Position numbers and translations under genes: made by a program. The notes under the pieces are model-generated. The model was not told the origin of the DNA, did not search any database, and worked only from the letters and a program-made list of their open reading frames with translations. A DNA stretch of 64,000 bases from Bilabrum cf. latius. Its lineage: Eukaryota. Location: positions 186,001 to 250,000 of the forward strand of contig OZ237753.1 of the NCBI GenBank assembly GCA_965178125.1, written 5' to 3'. Of this stretch, positions 62,401 to 64,000 are shown piece after piece (positions within the stretch are counted from its first letter, which is position 1; each line of letters begins with the position of its first letter).

Positions 62401-64000
62401 GTCCTACTCGCGGAGGCCGGCCAGCAAGCCATCAGGCAGAACTCGCACGTGCTACTGGTAATGGACGCAATCAACCAGCTGAACCCATTCCACAACAGCT
62501 ACACAGGGGACTGGTTGCCGGCCTATTCACCTGCTGGCGTGCGCACGATCGTCAGCACAACCCCTGAGGCAGCCATCCTGCAGCACCTGATGCGCCGAGA
62601 TCCGCCCCCTCCACAGGTGGAGGTGCCTGCTCTGTCGGTGGAAGAACGCAAAGAAATCGTGGTCAAGTACCTCGCGGTGTTCCGAAAGAGGCTGCTGGCC
62701 CAGCAGCTAGACCTAATCATGAAGAAGCGCGACAGTCACAAGCCGCTATACCTGATGACGGTGTCGGAGGAGCTCCGGCTCCAGGCGCAGTACGGGGCCG
62801 ATGGGTCCGGTGTAGATGACACTATCCGGCAGTTTCCCGGAAACATCCCCGAGCTTATGAGCGTGGTGCTGGAGCGGGTGGAGCGTGATCTCTCCCAGTG
62901 GGCGAGGAGCCTGGATCCAGGCATGCTGGAAGGGTTCGATGCCAGTGCGCGGTCCACGGATGAAGACGTCAAAGCGGAGGCAGAGGCGGAGGTAGAGGGC
63001 AGGAAAGAGGACGATGAGGAGGATGACGAAGACAGCAGCAAGGATAGTGAGGATGAGGGTAAGGAGGCACCAGCTGCTGATGCTAGCGGCGAAGGGCCGG
63101 CCTCTGGCGCCGGCGCAGATGCAGCCACGGACAAGTCGGCATCCCTGGCAACCGTCGCCGCCCGAGTGGGCAAGCACATCGTCAGCGAGGCCCTCTGTTT
63201 GCTCGAGTGCAGCAGGCACGGCCTCCGCGAGTACGAGCTTCTCGAGCTGCTTGCTCCCAAGGGGAGGGAGAGGCTGCCGCCCGTGGTGTGGGCTAGGCTG
63301 TACCGCTCCCTTGAGATCTACCTGCGTCCTGTTGGCGAGGAGGACCAGGGCGGCACCATTGGGTTCTTCCATCTGCAGCTGCCTTTTGCCATTCGAAGGC
63401 GATACTTAGAAGGGGCTACTAGCAAGGAGGCCGCCGTGTGCACGAGGCTGGCTGACTACTTCCAGCGCAAGGCAGATCCCACCGATGACGGCCGCTGGCT
63501 GGGCAACTCCAAGAGGTATGTCAGCGATCTCGTCTTCTACCAGCTGACTTCCCACGATCTTGGCAGGCTCAAGAGCACGCTGGGAGACATTCTGTTCATC
63601 GAGAGAACCGCACAGATGGGTGCCGGTATGATGGAGCGGCTTCTTCGGGACTATAACGAGGTGCAAGAGGTCATTCGAACGCTGCCATACGCGGTGCTCA
63701 AGAGGGCGCTCAGGAACCTCCCGGCGAAGGAGGGCAGCCGGGCGGCCCAGCTCCAGTGGATTGGTGAATAGGGCGTCTTCGTCGCGGCCAACCACTCCAT
63801 CTTCACCGCTGAGCCCCAGCTTACGTTTCAGTCGGCTATCAACTCGCCAACCGCAAGCTATCCTCACAAGGCAGCCGAGGGCCTGCTGAGCGACTAGACT
63901 AGGGCCATTCAGGCGGCTATGGATGTGCGCGAGCGAGACATTGAGAGTACCGCCGCCAAGCTGCTTGAGCCAGCTACCCTGGACCGCCTCGCGATCCTTG
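59458..64000 (+). CDS. TEP1/NWD-like protein with DUF4062-type domain and NACHT NTPase (partial, runs off the window)
   Basis: Motifs VRCFLSSSFRDMHGERD..GIDLRWG, LSGERYGW, SITAMEI, FIGREALL, P-loop GVPGSGKT, Walker B LLVMDAINQL, and KPLYL. The frame is open from ATG 59458 to the window end with 12 TAGs and no TAA/TGA. Confidence 0.85.

Noticed and set aside
1-64000. Suppressor tRNA(CUA), eRF1, rRNA or transposon/virophage genes
   Set aside because: None were recognisable by eye in this window. The decoding machinery is presumably elsewhere in the genome.

Overview
Gene-dense, GC-rich eukaryotic (protist-like) nuclear DNA with few, short GT-AG introns. A bicosoecid/stramenopile-like flagellate is my guess from gene style only. 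The main result is a non-standard nuclear genetic code. The fragmented ORF track collapses into about 14 genes (2 partial) once TAG is read as a sense codon. By manual count there are about 100 in-frame TAGs in 10 genes and no in-frame TAA or TGA; 12 genes end in TGA and 1 in TAA. TAG sits at conserved Gln positions (SURF1 W-Q, threonine aldolase YE-Q-GG, polycystin TRx-Q-R), inside a CAG CAG TAG TAG CAG run, and alternates with CAG between near-identical repeat copies. So UAG=Gln while UAA apparently remains a stop (uncoupled UAR, NCBI table 15-like). Genes: ARM-repeat protein, Prx5, SURF1, a hypothetical membrane protein, kinesin-14, an expanded CPSF160, an FG-GAP/EGF type I membrane protein, a PhyH-like dioxygenase, RPS17, threonine aldolase, a Kv-type K+ channel and a TEP1/NWD-like NACHT protein. 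There is also an apparently intronless 22.3-kb gene for a ~7,450-aa polycystin-1-like protein (REJ-like, GPS, multi-TM) carrying about 9 FG-GAP propeller modules, most of them from a recent 2,742-bp tandem amplification. All translations and counts were done by hand.
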